A stretch of 52,254 nucleotides of DNA, counting the filler, from Sphacelaria rigidula (taxonomy: Eukaryota): NCBI GenBank assembly GCA_964200075.2. It is 4 parts of 4 records of this genome, joined end to end, with 100 filler letters (N's around TTAATTAATTAA, not from the genome) between each part and the next. Parts side by side here need not be neighbours in the genome. Positions count along the whole stretch, not along the records: positions 1 to 12,993 come from CAXNAA020003244.1; positions 13,094 to 26,084 come from CAXNAA020003245.1; 2 more parts are not named here. One strand, 5' to 3'. Shown one piece after another: positions 1 to 13,549 of the stretch. The notes under the pieces were generated by a model, which searched no databases, was not told the DNA's origin, and was given only the letters and a program-made list of their open reading frames with translations. How positions within the stretch are numbered: position 1 is the first letter of the stretch; each line of letters opens with the position of its first letter. The position numbers and the translations under genes are program-made.

Positions 1-61
1 AGGGGCTCCTAACAAGTATAATCTCAGAAATTATTTCTGTACCCCTACCGTAGCATCACTC

Positions 62-590
62 TTCGGTGCGCTCTTACACACTAACATTTTTCCAGTTGTG
101 CGCGAAGTCTGAAGATATTTCAAATTTCATTTGTTGCCAACATGATAGACATTATCAACAGCAATCAAACGCGAAAAACCTGATGTCAATCGGAGCTCTG
201 GGGAATGATATGTGTGCAGTTGGGTGCTCGAATGACTCCGTGTCTTCGTGTATCCCTGGTGCGCTCTCAGACACTCACCTTTTTCCAGTTGTGCGCAAAA
301 TCTGAAGATATGTCGAAAACAAATTGCGGCCACCGTGATAGATATGATCAACAGCAGCAAACACGAAAAACCCGAGGTCAGTCGGAGCTCTGGGGAATGA
401 GATGTGTGCAGTGGCGTGCTCGAATCACTCCTCATGAAACCCTGTGGCCCTCTCAGACACTCACCTTTTTCCAGTTGTGCGCAAAATCTGAAGATATTTC
501 AAATTACATTTGCGGCCAACATGATCTACATAATGAACAACAGTCAATTGCAAAAACCTGAGGTCAATCGAAGCCTTTGGCGACGAGAAA
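62..590. repeat. Degenerate tandem repeat, ~186-193 bp unit, ~3 copies
   Basis: Core TCCAGTTGTGCGC(G/A)AA(G/A)TCTGAAGATAT recurs at ~91, ~284 and ~470 with similar flanks. Confidence 0.85.
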
Positions 591-3127
591 TCGTTGATTT
601 AGTGGTTCCGCCGCATGGGTCCCCAAACGCAACACTTTTATCATTAAACCAGCCGCTATTCTGATCTGCGGGCTTCCCTCTCTCCCTCTCTCTTGGCACA
701 CACGCGCACCTCGTGACGCAGCAGCGAAGCGAAGCAGAGACATCGCGGAGGAGGTCAACAGGCATTACAGGGCCCCGATTGACCATCTGGGGCGACGAAA
801 GGTGTGTGTTTTGTGTCCCTCTTCGATGCATGTGCTTCAGCATGTGCACACAATGCTCTCTAGGCCGCGAGATTGGCACCGGCGCATTTGAGATGACGGA
901 AGGGATTGTGTGGGCCATGAGACTCCCTGTCACCGCCCAAAACCGTCAGGAATGTGCTCCTATGATGTATGAGATGACTTTCTACCCCTCGCTTTTGTTT
1001 TTGCGGCGTGTGTGACTTCATCCATTTTCGTGCGTACGATCGCTGAAATGATTCTACGCAAGATAGCCCCCCCACGTGTTTCAGCGCCGCCGCGGGACTG
1101 TGCGCACACACCCCACCTCCAAAGTAATCGCGGGCTTCAAAATTGCTTGGTTTGAAAGCCTGGCCTGGAGGTGAGCAAGTTTTTTTTCGATATCTCGGCA
1201 CTGAAGTGTCGGATTGCGCTCATTTGTTTTGCACAAGGTGCGGTCTAGGTACACCATTGATGGTGCCAAGTGACAGCTCTGTCGGTGAAGACCCTCAATT
1301 TTGAAGCTTGGTTTAGGGTTTCGGGCGAAAAGTGTAGACGTTTGGCTGTAAACCTCACCAGTTGGTCCCGTGGCCCTGGAATTTTGCACAGCGGTGGGTC
1401 TGACCTATGCCGAATTTTCTGGGGGGAAAGGAAGGCAGTCGGAGTTGATGTCGATTTTTGAAGCCTGATTGAAGCGTCGTAGCAACATGTTTACACTCCG
1501 CACTGGTGTACGCGCCCCCATGGTTTTCGATGGCCCTGAAATTTTGCACAGCGGTGTGTCTGATCGACTCCCACCCATCCCTGTAAAAATACGAGCAAAA
1601 TCGAAGCACGCGGCGCGTTTTCGCAATCAAGACAGTATTTTTGCATCCACGACCCCCCTCGGCCACCGCCTTGCCTCCACCCTTCATCACCACGATGACC
1701 GCCACCACTCTGCCCCCCCTGTCCATTGCAATTTGTTCGAGTAAAAACAAAGCAGGTGACACCAAGAACGGCGCCCGTGTAGAAGATGACTTGGGCGTTG
1801 TAGTTTTGACACCGTTACAGGGGGCACCAATCGTGCTTTGAATCATCCAACTTTTCAGCCTGGTTGAAAATGGACGCTTTGAACCGTGGTTCACTATTTT
1901 CAAGTGAAGAGGATGATTCAAGAAATTCCGGGGTTCAGCCTACAGTGCTTTCAAGTGTTTCGTACGGTTCGAGCACGAATCAAGTTTCCTGGAAACTTTT
2001 AGCGCTCCTTATACTGGAGGTTCTCAACACAGCCACGGCGGAGGTAGCCATACAAGGCGTGATAGCTGGTTCAGACTGGATGAAGCGCCGCGCATGAGCA
2101 CTACTGGCGAAACAACCCCAGGCGTGGGGCTAACCCTCACCCCCGTTGTGTGTCTGTAGCTTTATTGTGGGGCACCCATTTGACCCGACTGACCACTGTA
2201 CTGTAGGGATTCTGTACTCTGGTGATGGTTTATCACAGCAGACTGCTGAATGATGATGCGTTTCAAAGATCGTTGGCGTCTGCCGCCGCATTGGATCGTT
2301 TCGCTGACGGCGGTCGTAGCCGGCGCAGCAGTGAGTCTTTCTCAGATTCTCAACAAGAGGCGCTCGAAAACTCGATGACTAGTCCAAATAAGTATGTTTC
2401 CAGCATGCTTCGATACGTGTTCCGTAGCGCTTAGACGCAGGGAGGGGTTGCTCAAAAGATGCGGCGCAATGAATGACGGTGGCTTTTCTGTTGGACTCCT
2501 CATCATCATGCGTTCGCTGCCGTGCACAAACTTCTGCGTTAGGGGCACACGGTCGAAAGCGGTTGCGAATCCCGAGCCTTTTGAACAAAGTAAATGGCAT
2601 TTCGATGGTCGGTTGAACCTCAACTAAATGTTGAACCTAAAAAACGAATCCAGGATGTTATTAATAGTACAACTTGCCATCATTGTGGCGGTCTTGTTGC
2701 CCGAGACAAGAATTGTTGCAGAGGACTGCCGAACCGGCAGATAAGTAGCCACACCTGAGCCCCAATGATGAGTACCTGAAAAGGCTGAGTAAGACCAAGT
2801 AAAAGAATATGATCGCCAACAGCACTCAGGATCTTCATAGTTGAATGCTACATTGACACGGTCGAGCGGGTGAGACAAGCCATGATGCGATGTCAAGGGC
2901 GACGGAATCTATTGAATAGCGGTACTCCCCCGCATGTGTTCTCCCGTGAATGTTTGGACCCTGAGTCGTTAAATGTGTGCCGTAACACTGTATTCGTTCA
3001 CGCTCATTGGCATCCTGGTTCCATCACAGATTAAGCACACAACTGCAAATGATGCATGTATCACCATCACCCTGATTGACAATGTTCATGGCGATTTCCG
3101 ATGCGACAATCAGTAGATTGTCGTTCT

Positions 3128-3164
3128 CGTCGTCGTCGTCGTCGTCGTAGTTGTTGTTGTTGTT

Positions 3165-3199
<35 letters not shown>

Positions 3200-3211
3200 T
3201 GCTGCTGCTGT
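3128..3211. repeat. Compound (GTC)n/(GTT)n/(GCT)n microsatellite
   Basis: Directly visible trinucleotide runs next to the 3' end of the LINE. Confidence 0.95.
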
Positions 3212-3289
3212 CTTCACATTACAAACCATTCGGATATCTGCGCAGTACTCTGTAGTGGGCATCTGATGCGGACGCGTTCCGTGGTCGCA

Positions 3290-6200
3290 GGCTAACTACT
3301 CCAAGCGAGGGTAGAAGAAAACAATTTAAATGAAATTGGACCCAGAAGCAACTCACGCAGACGCGATACAAAGTAAATAAAATATAAAATATAAAAGAAA
3401 GAGAAAAAAAAGAGGAAAGAGAAAGGACCACTGCTAGCCCTCCACGTTCCGATGTCATATGCGACCGTTCGGACTACTGGACGGAGAGCCCATTGGTCCA
3501 CTCAACACGCGAGGCCAAACAGGAAGGGAGCCGAACTCGCGAGCCACGATCATCAGTCAAAGCAATTGGAGTCGCAGCATTCTAACCTTGTACCTCTAGA
3601 AAAACAGCTATGCGTACGGATATCCTAGGCATAACAGGAAACGCACCACATAACAACACACACCACCTCGAGGGGAGGGGTGCGTTGGAGTCAGCAGTAA
3701 GTGGAAAAGAAGACAAGGGAAGCTAATGGGGGTCCCGCTACTTCCGCCATTTTCAGTTCGGTACAAGCTGGTGACGCATTCTTCCATCTCCACCTTCCTC
3801 TCCTCCAAGCTCCTGTTTTATCGCACGTAGTCGGCTGGCCTCGTCCACGATCTTGTGCGAAGACGTCATGACCCTCTCCGCTCCCTGGAGCACCCCCACG
3901 TGCCATGGTATCCCCCCTTTCCTCTTCACTGCTGAAGGCCAGAGGGCACTTTCAACTCCGAACGTCTGTCGGTTGTCGTCCATAGAGCCGTTCGTGGCTC
4001 CGAAAACTTGAAACTCTTCCCGCAGGCACTTCAGCCAGTTTTGCTCCGGGCATTCTGGTCCTCGATCCTCTCCCCCCGCGCGATTGTTCCGAATGCCAGA
4101 CGCTTTGGTAGTCGTCAGTCCGGTTGTCTAGCCAGGGCTTCCGCAAACAACAGTCGCCGTGGCCGCGCGATGGCTTCAGCTCTTTGGCATCCGGTCTTCT
4201 TGAGGGCTTGAGCGTATGATAACTGTCGGTATATGCTATTCAGTCGGCGGTACCCGATAACCCGCAGAACGAGCCGTTGGTGTACCGTCCTTGGCAACCG
4301 GTAGTGCTCGCTGCGCGGGGCCCACGTCATGCATCCATACAGTAGGGTCTCCATCGCCTCTGCCTTCAGCAGTTGGACCTTGAGTACTCACGGTGCTTTC
4401 GGTCGGTCAAAGAGCTCTCAAGAAAACTTTGTGATGCACGCCCACGCAGCTCTGCTCTGGTTGTTGATCTCTCGTGTGAGCTTGCCATCTTCGGTGACGA
4501 GCCCATGCAAGTATCGGAACGTCGTGGTTTGTGCGTACTTCTGGCTCGCCGCTTCGATGACCGATGGTGGTGAGGGGGGTGTTGGTGGCTACCCCTTTTG
4601 CGGAGTTTTTTCGGTGCTCGCATCAGTAGAGTCTCTGTCTTCTTCTCCGACACCGTCCGTCCGAAGGCCCCGAATTCGCGTACTATAACGGTCATCATCC
4701 TCGCCAGGCCGTCGGGGGACCTCGAGACGACGGCCGCGGCATCGGCAAGCAACATTCCTCACACCGCTCGCCGTACGCGTCCCAGAGGTGTCTCCGTCTC
4801 CCTCACCGTCTCCTGGTCGAGGTATACCATGTTCTTGAAGATGACCTCGTCCTCACTGAATCGCACGAGAACTATCTCGAGCGCCGCAGCGAAAAACATG
4901 CTAAATAGCAGCGGAGATATCACACATTCTTGCCGTAGTCCCTGGGTAACCTCAAACCACTCCGAGAGCTCGCGGTCGTCTATGCGTACACGGGCTTGCA
5001 TTCCATCGTGGAATTGGCGGATAACGGCTATAATCTCATCCGGAATCCCAGTTCGGGCAAGCACCTGCCATAGAAGCTCGTGATCGACCGAATCATAGGC
5101 CTTTTGGAGGTCGACGAAGCACATGGACTATGTAGTGGTATTCTCCGTCGTCGTCCCAGTTTCTAGAGTCGGCGCACTACGAACATGTCGACGGTGGATC
5201 GATCGGGTCGGAAACAGCACTGTTCCTCCGGCAATACCCCGTGTACTTCGCAGTAGTCGCTGAGGCGGTTGGCCACTATCTTCAAAAGCAGGCTTCCTGC
5301 GTGTGACACCAGTGAGATTTCGTGGTAGTCATTACAGTCGGAGCGATCCGATTTCTTGTCGAGCACTTTGATGGTAGCATATTTCCACTACGTGCGGGAC
5401 CTCCCCTCCGTTCCACACCTTGACGACGATGGCATGGAAGCGTTCGATAACGGCGGGCTCGGCTCGACGGTCAAACTAAAGTAGTTCTACAGGGAGGGAG
5501 TCATGTCCCGGCGCTTTCCAGTTTTGCATCCCTCGGACTGCTCGTATGGTCTCATTCAGCGTTGGTGCTGCCCAAAGCGGTACCGAATCTCCAGTGGGTA
5601 ATGCTGTCGGTCGCTGCTTCACCTCCTCGATGATGGCTGGTTTCAGCGTGGTCGATTGGGTGTTGAGCAGGGTTCGGAAACCCCTCGCCCGTCGCTTCAG
5701 AATCTCGATATTATTCAGTGTAACCCAGTTCTCGTTTTTGATTAACTACTGCCCCCCTGACTGCCTTCCGTCAAGACCTACCGATCTCTTGAGGTGCTTG
5801 TACAGGCCTCGCATGTCGCGGTCCTTGTAGATCGCTTCTAGCCTCGCCACACACCTCTCCAGGTGTACATGGACACCGTCGTCTATCGTAGTACGTACTC
5901 CTTTACACGCGGCTCTGAGTATTAACCACGTTGCTGGGGTCCGGTTGTCCTTCATCAGGCGTCGATCCTCTCGTCTGTGGGCAAGTGCTGCCTCTATTGT
6001 TGCTCTCGTTTCGGGACTTCCACACCATTCTGGCATACGGGGTATTCGTGTCTCTGCTGGGAGTACTATCTGTGCTGTTGCAAGAATAGCTTCGGTAAAC
6101 TCCTTCGCGGCCGCCGGTTCAGTGGTGGGTGACTGGTATGCTCGCTCCCCGAGGTTGTGCAGGAACCTCTCGATCACATTTTGCCGTACGACTTCGATCT

Positions 6201-6294
6201 GCAGTTTCTGTCTACTGAACTGCCTCTGCTTCGATTTCGTTCGTACGGTACGACTGTGGGCAAAGCGGCCATACGAACACGTTGCGCACTCCAT
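3290..6294 (-). mobile_element. 5'-truncated non-LTR retrotransposon (RTE-like LINE), inactive; boundaries approximate
   Basis: Collinear minus-strand ORF fragments 5746-6294, 5163-5366, 4759-5124, 4366-4755, 4115-4354 and 3753-3983 carry RT motifs ([64 protein letters not shown]). A T-rich 3' UTR follows. No endonuclease domain was seen. Confidence 0.9.
3753..6294 (-). pseudogene. LINE reverse transcriptase pseudogene
   Basis: Multiple frameshifts and stops; the catalytic YADD position reads LADA (MLLADAAAVVSRS, ~4755). Confidence 0.88.
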
Positions 6295-6520
6295 ACCTCG
6301 GTGTGCCTGCCAGGTAAGTATGCATGTAGTCTATGCGCTTCAAGTCTTTCGCGCGGTTCCCCGCAACACCGTTGCCCCGAGAGAAACACTGCACAGTTTC
6401 CCTGAACACTGTAGACATGCCCCACAGGGTGCTATCTGCCCACGTGTGTACCTCGGTGTGCCTGCCAGGTAAGTATGTAGTCTGTGCGCTTGAAGTCGCT
6501 CGCGCGGTTCCCTGCAACCC
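6294..6520. repeat. Direct repeat of ~70-75 bp, two copies ~155 bp apart, at the LINE 5' truncation point
   Basis: TACCTCGGTGTGCCTGCCAGGTAAGTATG...TGCGCTT.AAGTC..TCGCGCGGTTCCC at 6294 and 6449. Confidence 0.8.
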
Positions 6521-9500
6521 TCTCCGCTCGTTGCATTTTTACTGAACTAAGCACTCAACACACGGACAAATGTCGAATGTGAGTAGTGCCCTTCGTGTGG
6601 TCCCAAGAGTTCGAAACAGAAGAATGGAAAATGACTTTCGAGTTTGTACGATAATCGTATCTGCTGCTTCAGGTTGGAAACGTATCCATCACCGGCTTGT
6701 GTGCTGCCATAGATGAAAAAAAAGAGCCATGCCTCCTTTTTGACGTCTTGATAAGAAGTGTCAGAGCTGAGAACGAGGGTATTCATGTTTATGTGGAAAA
6801 TTGATCCCGTGGACTTTACCATGTGTCGTTCCCTTAGGGGTGTTAACGAACGGGAAACTAATAACCAGAACACTCTGCGCACCCGTTCCGCACTGTTTAG
6901 TATTCCACCACAGCCTCGCAAGCCAAGACAGCACGACACCCTGCCTGATCCCAAAGTGACACGCGCTACCCATCGATACGGCAAACCTCGCGCCGATCAC
7001 CCACTGCGAGAAGCGCGTCAATTTAGAGCTGTTCGACAAGCGAGGCAGGATGCAAGGCACGTTGCGGCTGACAGAAAGCCAAGAGAAGGTAGGTCTGCTG
7101 TTCAGCTCGTTACAGTAGGACCGATCCTACGATACGGGGGGGGGGTTGTTGGATTGCACGAAACAAGGGGCTAGTGCGACATGAACTACTGCATTTGTTT
7201 TGCGCTTGTATATGACTGCAAACCTGCAAGCGTTGATAGACGGGTGAAGGCGCGTGTGTGCTTTGTGTTGATACCAACAGCATGGAAATGAAATTGGCTG
7301 CTCTTGCACCAATAATACGTGGCTCGAAACATCCCCTCCCTCGATCTTGGGAGCATTCTGTTTCACATGGGGTGTTGCTGCTTCAGCATCCCCCTGTGAT
7401 TGTGCATCTATACATGTCCATACTGTCTGTGGCCCATGCGCCGAAGCTCGTGTACGTAATGTCCAAGCTTTTGACAGCGGGGGTGGATCATCTGATGGCT
7501 GGCCATCATCTTTGCATGAAAAATGGATGCAAGATCCGGGTAACCCGTCGTCTCTGGCGTTCTCAAGATCTTGAGGCCTTGTCTTCCGGACATCTCAAAA
7601 ATCACGTTTCATGGTCCCGTTCTCGAATGTGATTCAACCCAGAACAGCCACTTCCATTCTCATCGAAAGTTTCTCACGCAGCAAGAGCTGCCTGAAAATC
7701 AGACCGTTAGTACATTAGTGTAACGGTCAGTAATTTGTTCATGTATATTCGGTGCGTCTCGTATTCTACAAAACACGCACGGTATGTGCCTCACGTGTTT
7801 CGCCAAAATAATACTCGTACGTATGCCCGACCCACACCCCGCCACCAGATTTTCGGCGCAACGACAGCTGTCAGTAAGGGTACAGCAGCAGGCGCAGGAG
7901 GCAGAACTAGTTTTTTTAGTGTGAGCAATTCATATTTCCTCCACCTCATGTTTGGTGCCCCCTCCTGCTTTTCCGCCACGGCCCCTCCGCAGATCCAACT
8001 TGTCAGATGCACGGCGTCAGCCACCATATGCGGTTATAGCCGATACGGTAAAAGTAGATTTTGTGTCGTGTATACTTTTCTCTCAAGTGACGTGATACGG
8101 TGCATTTGCATGTGATGGTGTGTGTGATGGTGTGTGTGTGTGTGTTCAGCGTACAGAAGTACGGTTGTGCCTCAGGGGTCATGCCGCGATAGGCCCTCTC
8201 CCCGAAACCAGCCTCAAAAGTGTTACAAAGAAAATGTCCATACAGCGCATGATAGCTCGTTTCAGACCGCTTGAAGCGCTCCATATAAGCGATATTGGCG
8301 AAGTCGATCTCACGCGTGGGAGTTCCTAGCTGCTCGGGTTGCTGGGCTTTGGCCGTTTGGATTTACATGCAGATTTTGCCTCCTCAAACTACCCATTTCT
8401 CTGGTGGGGGCTATCGCGGCATCATTTATCACTGTTATTTCCCCTAGGAGGAATTCCGAGGATCACGATTTCTCAAACAGCTCACCAAATGACTTTGAAC
8501 AAGTCAGCACAAGTCCGAAATGAAATGTCAGACATCATTTCCCCAACACCAGAAATCATGTGATTTAGAATGTGATGTGCTGTTTTCCGTCTCGATAAGG
8601 CACGACTCCCCGCAGGGGAAGCATGCGCTTGATGAACCCTTCGATCGCCGGGATGGGTCATCCGTGTCTCATATTTTTTTTCTCGTGAAAGTCATGTCAA
8701 TTCCAAGCATGACTAACCCTGGCGGCCAAGCGGGTATAGCAAATCACGTAACCCTCTGACTGCGAAGTACTGCAGTCAAGTTGAGTCCATGTTCAATTAT
8801 GATAAGTGTCAGTATTTGTACCTTAATTTCAAGCCCTTGACCTTGAAGTATGCAGTCATCTTGACAGCAAATCAGGGGGGAGATAGGTCGCGCACAAGGC
8901 CCGTGGGAAAATACCACACCTCTAATTGTAGATGGTTATTGCAGAAATGATAAAAACTGCCGCCACCACCGAGGGGATCATACTAGGTATTAAGTTGTAG
9001 CAGTAGACTTCACCACTCGGTAGTTGACGGATAGTTCTCGGAAATTCCCGGTTTGTGGACACGTGCAGTATTAGATTATAGTGTGGATACCGAAATCCGG
9101 ATCTTTGGAGGGCGCTATGCTCCTGGCGTGCTCCTAGCGTGCGCAGGACGCGTTTTGGTGTAATTCCGCGTCTGGGGCGCCGATTTGAGGTCTGGCAACG
9201 CACACTGTGACTACGGAACACGTAGCCCTTGCCCGAGGGTTCTCGGTATGTCTTAGTTGGGGTTGGGGTTAGGCTTAGGGTTAGTATACCTTATGTAGTG
9301 GTTGCAGTCCATATCTGCTGGGGCGGCACACGCCTTTTCGCGTGCCGAAAATCTGGGATTATGACATGTCATTTTGTATGAGCGTTTTTCCCAGGTATTA
9401 GTACCCCACTTCATTCAGTGTGTTCGTATGGTGTGTGTTGTTATGTGTCGGTTCTGATTCGGTGGTGGTTTCAGCAGGTGTGTGTTATGTGAGAGTGGGC

Positions 9501-9796
9501 AAATATGGGTACATTAATTATATAAATGATATCTGGTCTCAACTGGCTACGGCAGGTCTACAACTTCCCCGGCAACGCACCCGGTGCATGAGGCTTTCTC
9601 TTATGCTAGCATAAACCTGGGTCAAGGCTCATGTACCGACTGGTGGGGATTTACACGTAGTAGGCTTAAATCAGGCTACGCAGCCGCAGAAGGAGATTTA
9701 AAAGGATTTTACAACGAGGCATCGAAACGCGCATACGCCGCAGACAACAAGAAGGACAACATCATCAACGGACAGCATCATAGCGCCACAAGAGGT

Positions 9797-10200
9797 AACT
9801 GGAGCAGAAAGGTACCCAAGACCGGCAGCGGAAACACCCCTCGGCACGCGCGTCACCAACTCTAGCATCCAAACGCCAGTGAGCAGCTTTATCAAGGACA
9901 CAGCATCAGAGCTTCTCAGCTTTATCAAGGACAACAACAGCAGAGCTTCTCAGCTTTATCAAGGACAACAACATCAGAGCTTCTCAGCTTTATCAAGGAC
10001 ACAGCATCAGAGCTTCTCAGCTTTATCAAGGACAACAACATCAGAGCTTCTCAGCTTATATCCCAGAAGGCATAAATTCATCTTCATTTTGTATATTTGA
10101 GCTAACCGGAGCAGCAGTAAGAGGTACCCAAGACCGGCAGCGGTAGTTATCCCTCGGCACGCGCGTCACCCACTCTAGCATCCGAACGCCAATGAACAAG
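9797..10200. repeat. ~90 bp direct repeats bracketing the minisatellite
   Basis: GGTACCCAAGACCGGCAGCGG...CCCTCGGCACGCGCGTCACC.ACTCTAGCATCC.AACGCCA.TGA at ~9797-9888 and ~10104-10200. Confidence 0.85.
9885..10058. repeat. 33-34 bp minisatellite (~5 copies)
   Basis: TTTATCAAGGAC(A)CA(A/G)CA(T/G)CAGAGCTTCTCAGC units start at 9888, 9921, 9955, 9989 and 10022. Confidence 0.92.
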
Positions 10201-12993
10201 CCACTTCTGGGACGTCAACGTCATCAGCTGTCCAAGCTCCTACTTCAACACGAGCGGCAGTGCTCAAGAAGGCACGTTTTCCCTTTCAATTTTTCCTTCG
10301 ATTTAACATCGATTTTTTTTATAGAACCACCAGGATTGAAGAGTAGGATGACTTCAAGACTGTTTTGTTATCGATAGGTCGTCATTCTATTCTAGTTTGC
10401 GAGTTGGTTTGTGTATTTTATTGCTTTGTAGAGTGTGGTATGTCCTCGCTTCTATTGAAGTGGGGGTGTTATACAACGCCATACTCGGTGGAGATGAAGA
10501 TTCATTTTGCAGGCTTACAGTCAGATTGTTTTTTTTGTCGACAATATTTTGCCCTTCCCTTTTATCCCCCTTTTATCCCCTGTTTGTTGGATCACTGTTA
10601 TGCCCTGCCCATCTATGCAGTATCTTTCATACATGTATACCCCGAGGGTATGGATGTGATTTCATATTTCGTCGTGTAGGCGTGTTATATTCCGTCATCT
10701 ACCGTCATTGCGTAGTTGACATGTCGGCCGGTTGATGTTTCGTGTTGGTTTGCTTTTCCATTCAGCATCACGCCCTGATCGCTCTGTAATGAGACGGAGC
10801 GCAGGTGTGATTTTGGAGTGTTATATGTGTGCCCTACTTTGATTCTCATCTGTTTGAGACTTTGGTTTTTCCCTTCTCCACTGCAGAATGATATGATCCC
10901 CTTGACGTAGAAGGGGGTGTTATATTCCGTCATCTACGGTAGTTGAACTTCCATTTTTGACTCGAGATGACTTCGACGAGAGATGTTGCGTTATACAGAC
11001 ATGTTGCCTTGTGTGCACAGCTACTTGTGTTCCAAACTGCATGGATTAAAAGTCGTGAATTCAACTGACCGCGATGTACAGTACAGGAGGGCAAGATCAC
11101 ATTGGCTGGTGATATGATATGCGATTGTTTTGTGTGTTGTCGGACATCGGATGCTAATCAAACACGTTGAGCGCGCAGACTGGCCACAGAAACGGAATTG
11201 CGAAGTGTTATGAATGATTTCACGCAGCATTTGTCATGCTCAACTATTTTCTGTATACTGTACTTCAGGCTGATCACTGCTTGTAGACTGTACCGCATTA
11301 CAGTCTGCTGCATATCGGCGTATGACGGTACATTTCTCATGTTGCGGGCAAATGCGGATCAATAAATGATTTTTGTTTTGTTTTTTATTTTACAGATTGT
11401 TTGTTGAGCATGCTTACTCTGTTTGTAGAGCGTAACGGTATATGAGAGCGCACCAGCCGGAATCTGACAGGGGGGGGGTCAACACAGGATTTATTTGTTT
11501 TTGTTCCCTGTTTTTCTTTGTTACCCCACCTCCTGGGAGACTTGCGTGTATATTTTTTTATTGCGTTGCGAGGAAAGACGCATGGGTTTGTAGGGGAGGA
11601 ATTTCATCTTTGAAATGATGGATGTACGGTGTATTTGAATATGTTTCGCATTTTTGCATGAAATACAACGGACGGCTTATCTCTGCGACTATTTTCTACC
11701 GCTACGCGTGACCTGCCCCCGATGACGCGAGCCAATCTTCATGGCGAGGCAACTGCTTTCGAACCCAGGCGGATGAGCACACAAATGACGAAGCCCGGAC
11801 CGCGACACCGCAAGAGCCAAACCGAAAACAGCGACCGCGGCCTGGGCGACGACAATACAACCGCTTGGGGGGCTTAGCAGGAGCCAGGGCAGGAACCAGA
11901 CACGCTTTGGCATCTAGGTTTTTATCATTTGATTTTTTTGGGAGTTTGCATTTGATTCGGAATGTTTTCGTCTCGTTGTTCGCAGCAACGTGACATGTCA
12001 ACCATGTGTACCGTCCCGTGGTTGCATTTTTTTTGTTTGATTGTTTTAGTTTTTGTTCCCCACGCCCTACGAAGTACTACCGTAGTTTGGTTATGATCTT
12101 TTTTAACTTGATCCTCCACATGATTGCGATGATTTTTTTTAATTATCGAGAAAGAAAATAATGGGGGGGGAATTGACTATTTGGTTCCATGATTCTCTTT
12201 TCGGGTAGTTAAAAACGAAGAAAACTCATGTGATGGGGTCATCCACAGCGGAGTATTTGGGGGGGAAAATCGTATGATGGGATGATCCACGGCGGAGTAT
12301 TTTGGATAATTTGATTAATCGGTTATGGATTTCAAAAGGGAATTTGATATTTTGCGATCCGCGCTAACGTTTTTGGCAAAGTGATTCACCGAGGTTGGAT
12401 ATTTTCAATTACGGAAAGAACATGGCGTGGATTCAGCCTCGAGTATACTTCCGAGAGTAGAACGGTTTTTAGTCTTGGGTGTCAATAAACAGTTGACTAT
12501 CCACCCGCCGTTCAACATGCGGGACTGACTATGCACCAGGATAACTCACGATAATTACCTCTGGGGTCATCGATCTTATGTTTTCATGTACTACCTGGAA
12601 GCAATACCCCCTTCAAAATAATATGTAATATTGAATCGGGGGGGGGGGCGTTTTAATACGGAGTAATTTATATTGGTGCACAGGGATTGATTTTTGTGAA
12701 GGAGAAAATATTCTAAGAGTGGGACGATGAGTTTGACGATTTTGGGAATTTATCGGGCCAGATGACGAGCGAAATTTGCATCAAAGATCAGTAATTCGAA
12801 ATTAAGTGGACTGATCAATCGCTAGTTTTGGTTACAACATTTTTAGTGCTTACAGAGTTTGGTTTTATGTTCCGAGTTTCTCCCTGATAGGATATAAGCA
12901 GTACAAGTCGTTGTCAAATGCACGAGTGTACTGGTACGTCAATTTTCTCTGGGTATTCTAGGGTCTATGAAGTGAATGAGGTTCGAAGGAGAT

Positions 12994-13093
12994 NNNNNNN
13001 NNNNNNNNNNNNNNNNNNNNNNNNNNNNNNNNNNNNNTTAATTAATTAANNNNNNNNNNNNNNNNNNNNNNNNNNNNNNNNNNNNNNNNNNNN
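12994..13093. other. Artificial contig linker (44 N + TTAATTAATTAA + 44 N)
   Basis: Exactly 100 nt; the central 12-mer gives stops in all six frames; identical structure at three places. Confidence 0.97.
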
Positions 13094-13387
13094 TTTGTAG
13101 GGATGCGAGGTCAATGGTCTGATGACTATAGCATGCATGATCATGAGTACACCCTATCCGAGGGTTCTCGGTATGTCTCGGGTTAGGGTTGGGGCTGGGG
13201 ATACAGTTAGTCTTAGCTGAGAAAAAGTGGTAACCGTAGATTTGAGGATACGAACCGGGGGGATGTAATCTCTGTTCGTGAAACATGAAGTGCCATGATA
13301 TATCTTACGTAAGAGTTGGACACCCTCACGCTAAATAACAACAGACAGGAGTGACAACGACGACGACGACGACGACGACAGACTCAC

Positions 13388-13549
13388 CACATCCCGCAAT
13401 CGCTCAAACTCGACGCGGTCGCTGGGCTCATGCGTGGCAACCGCCTGTGCCACGTCCATAATAAAATCCGGCATCTTGTCATTGAAGCCGCCGAACGACA
13501 GCCTCACCCCTCGTGTCGTGAATTCCAAGCTGTAGCCCAATCCTGCCAC
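13388..13549 (-). CDS. M16A peptidase internal exon (gene continues beyond the contig end)
   Basis: 162 nt, AAG/GTGAGT; VAGLGYSLEFTTRGVRLSFGGFNDK...FERLRDV matches IDE 'lAGL.Y.l..t..G..l.v.GyNDK', in frame after YDAE. Confidence 0.92.

Noticed and set aside
760-1020. MULE transposase remnant (C..H-like REHCVHMLKHM)
   Set aside because: The similarity is too short and frame-broken to support a call.
3753-6294. Functional or domesticated reverse transcriptase (retron/DGR-like system)
   Set aside because: The motifs are of LINE type, the ORF is broken many times and YADD is lost.
9885-10058. 33-34 bp repeats of CRISPR-like length
   Set aside because: The units are contiguous with no unique spacers.
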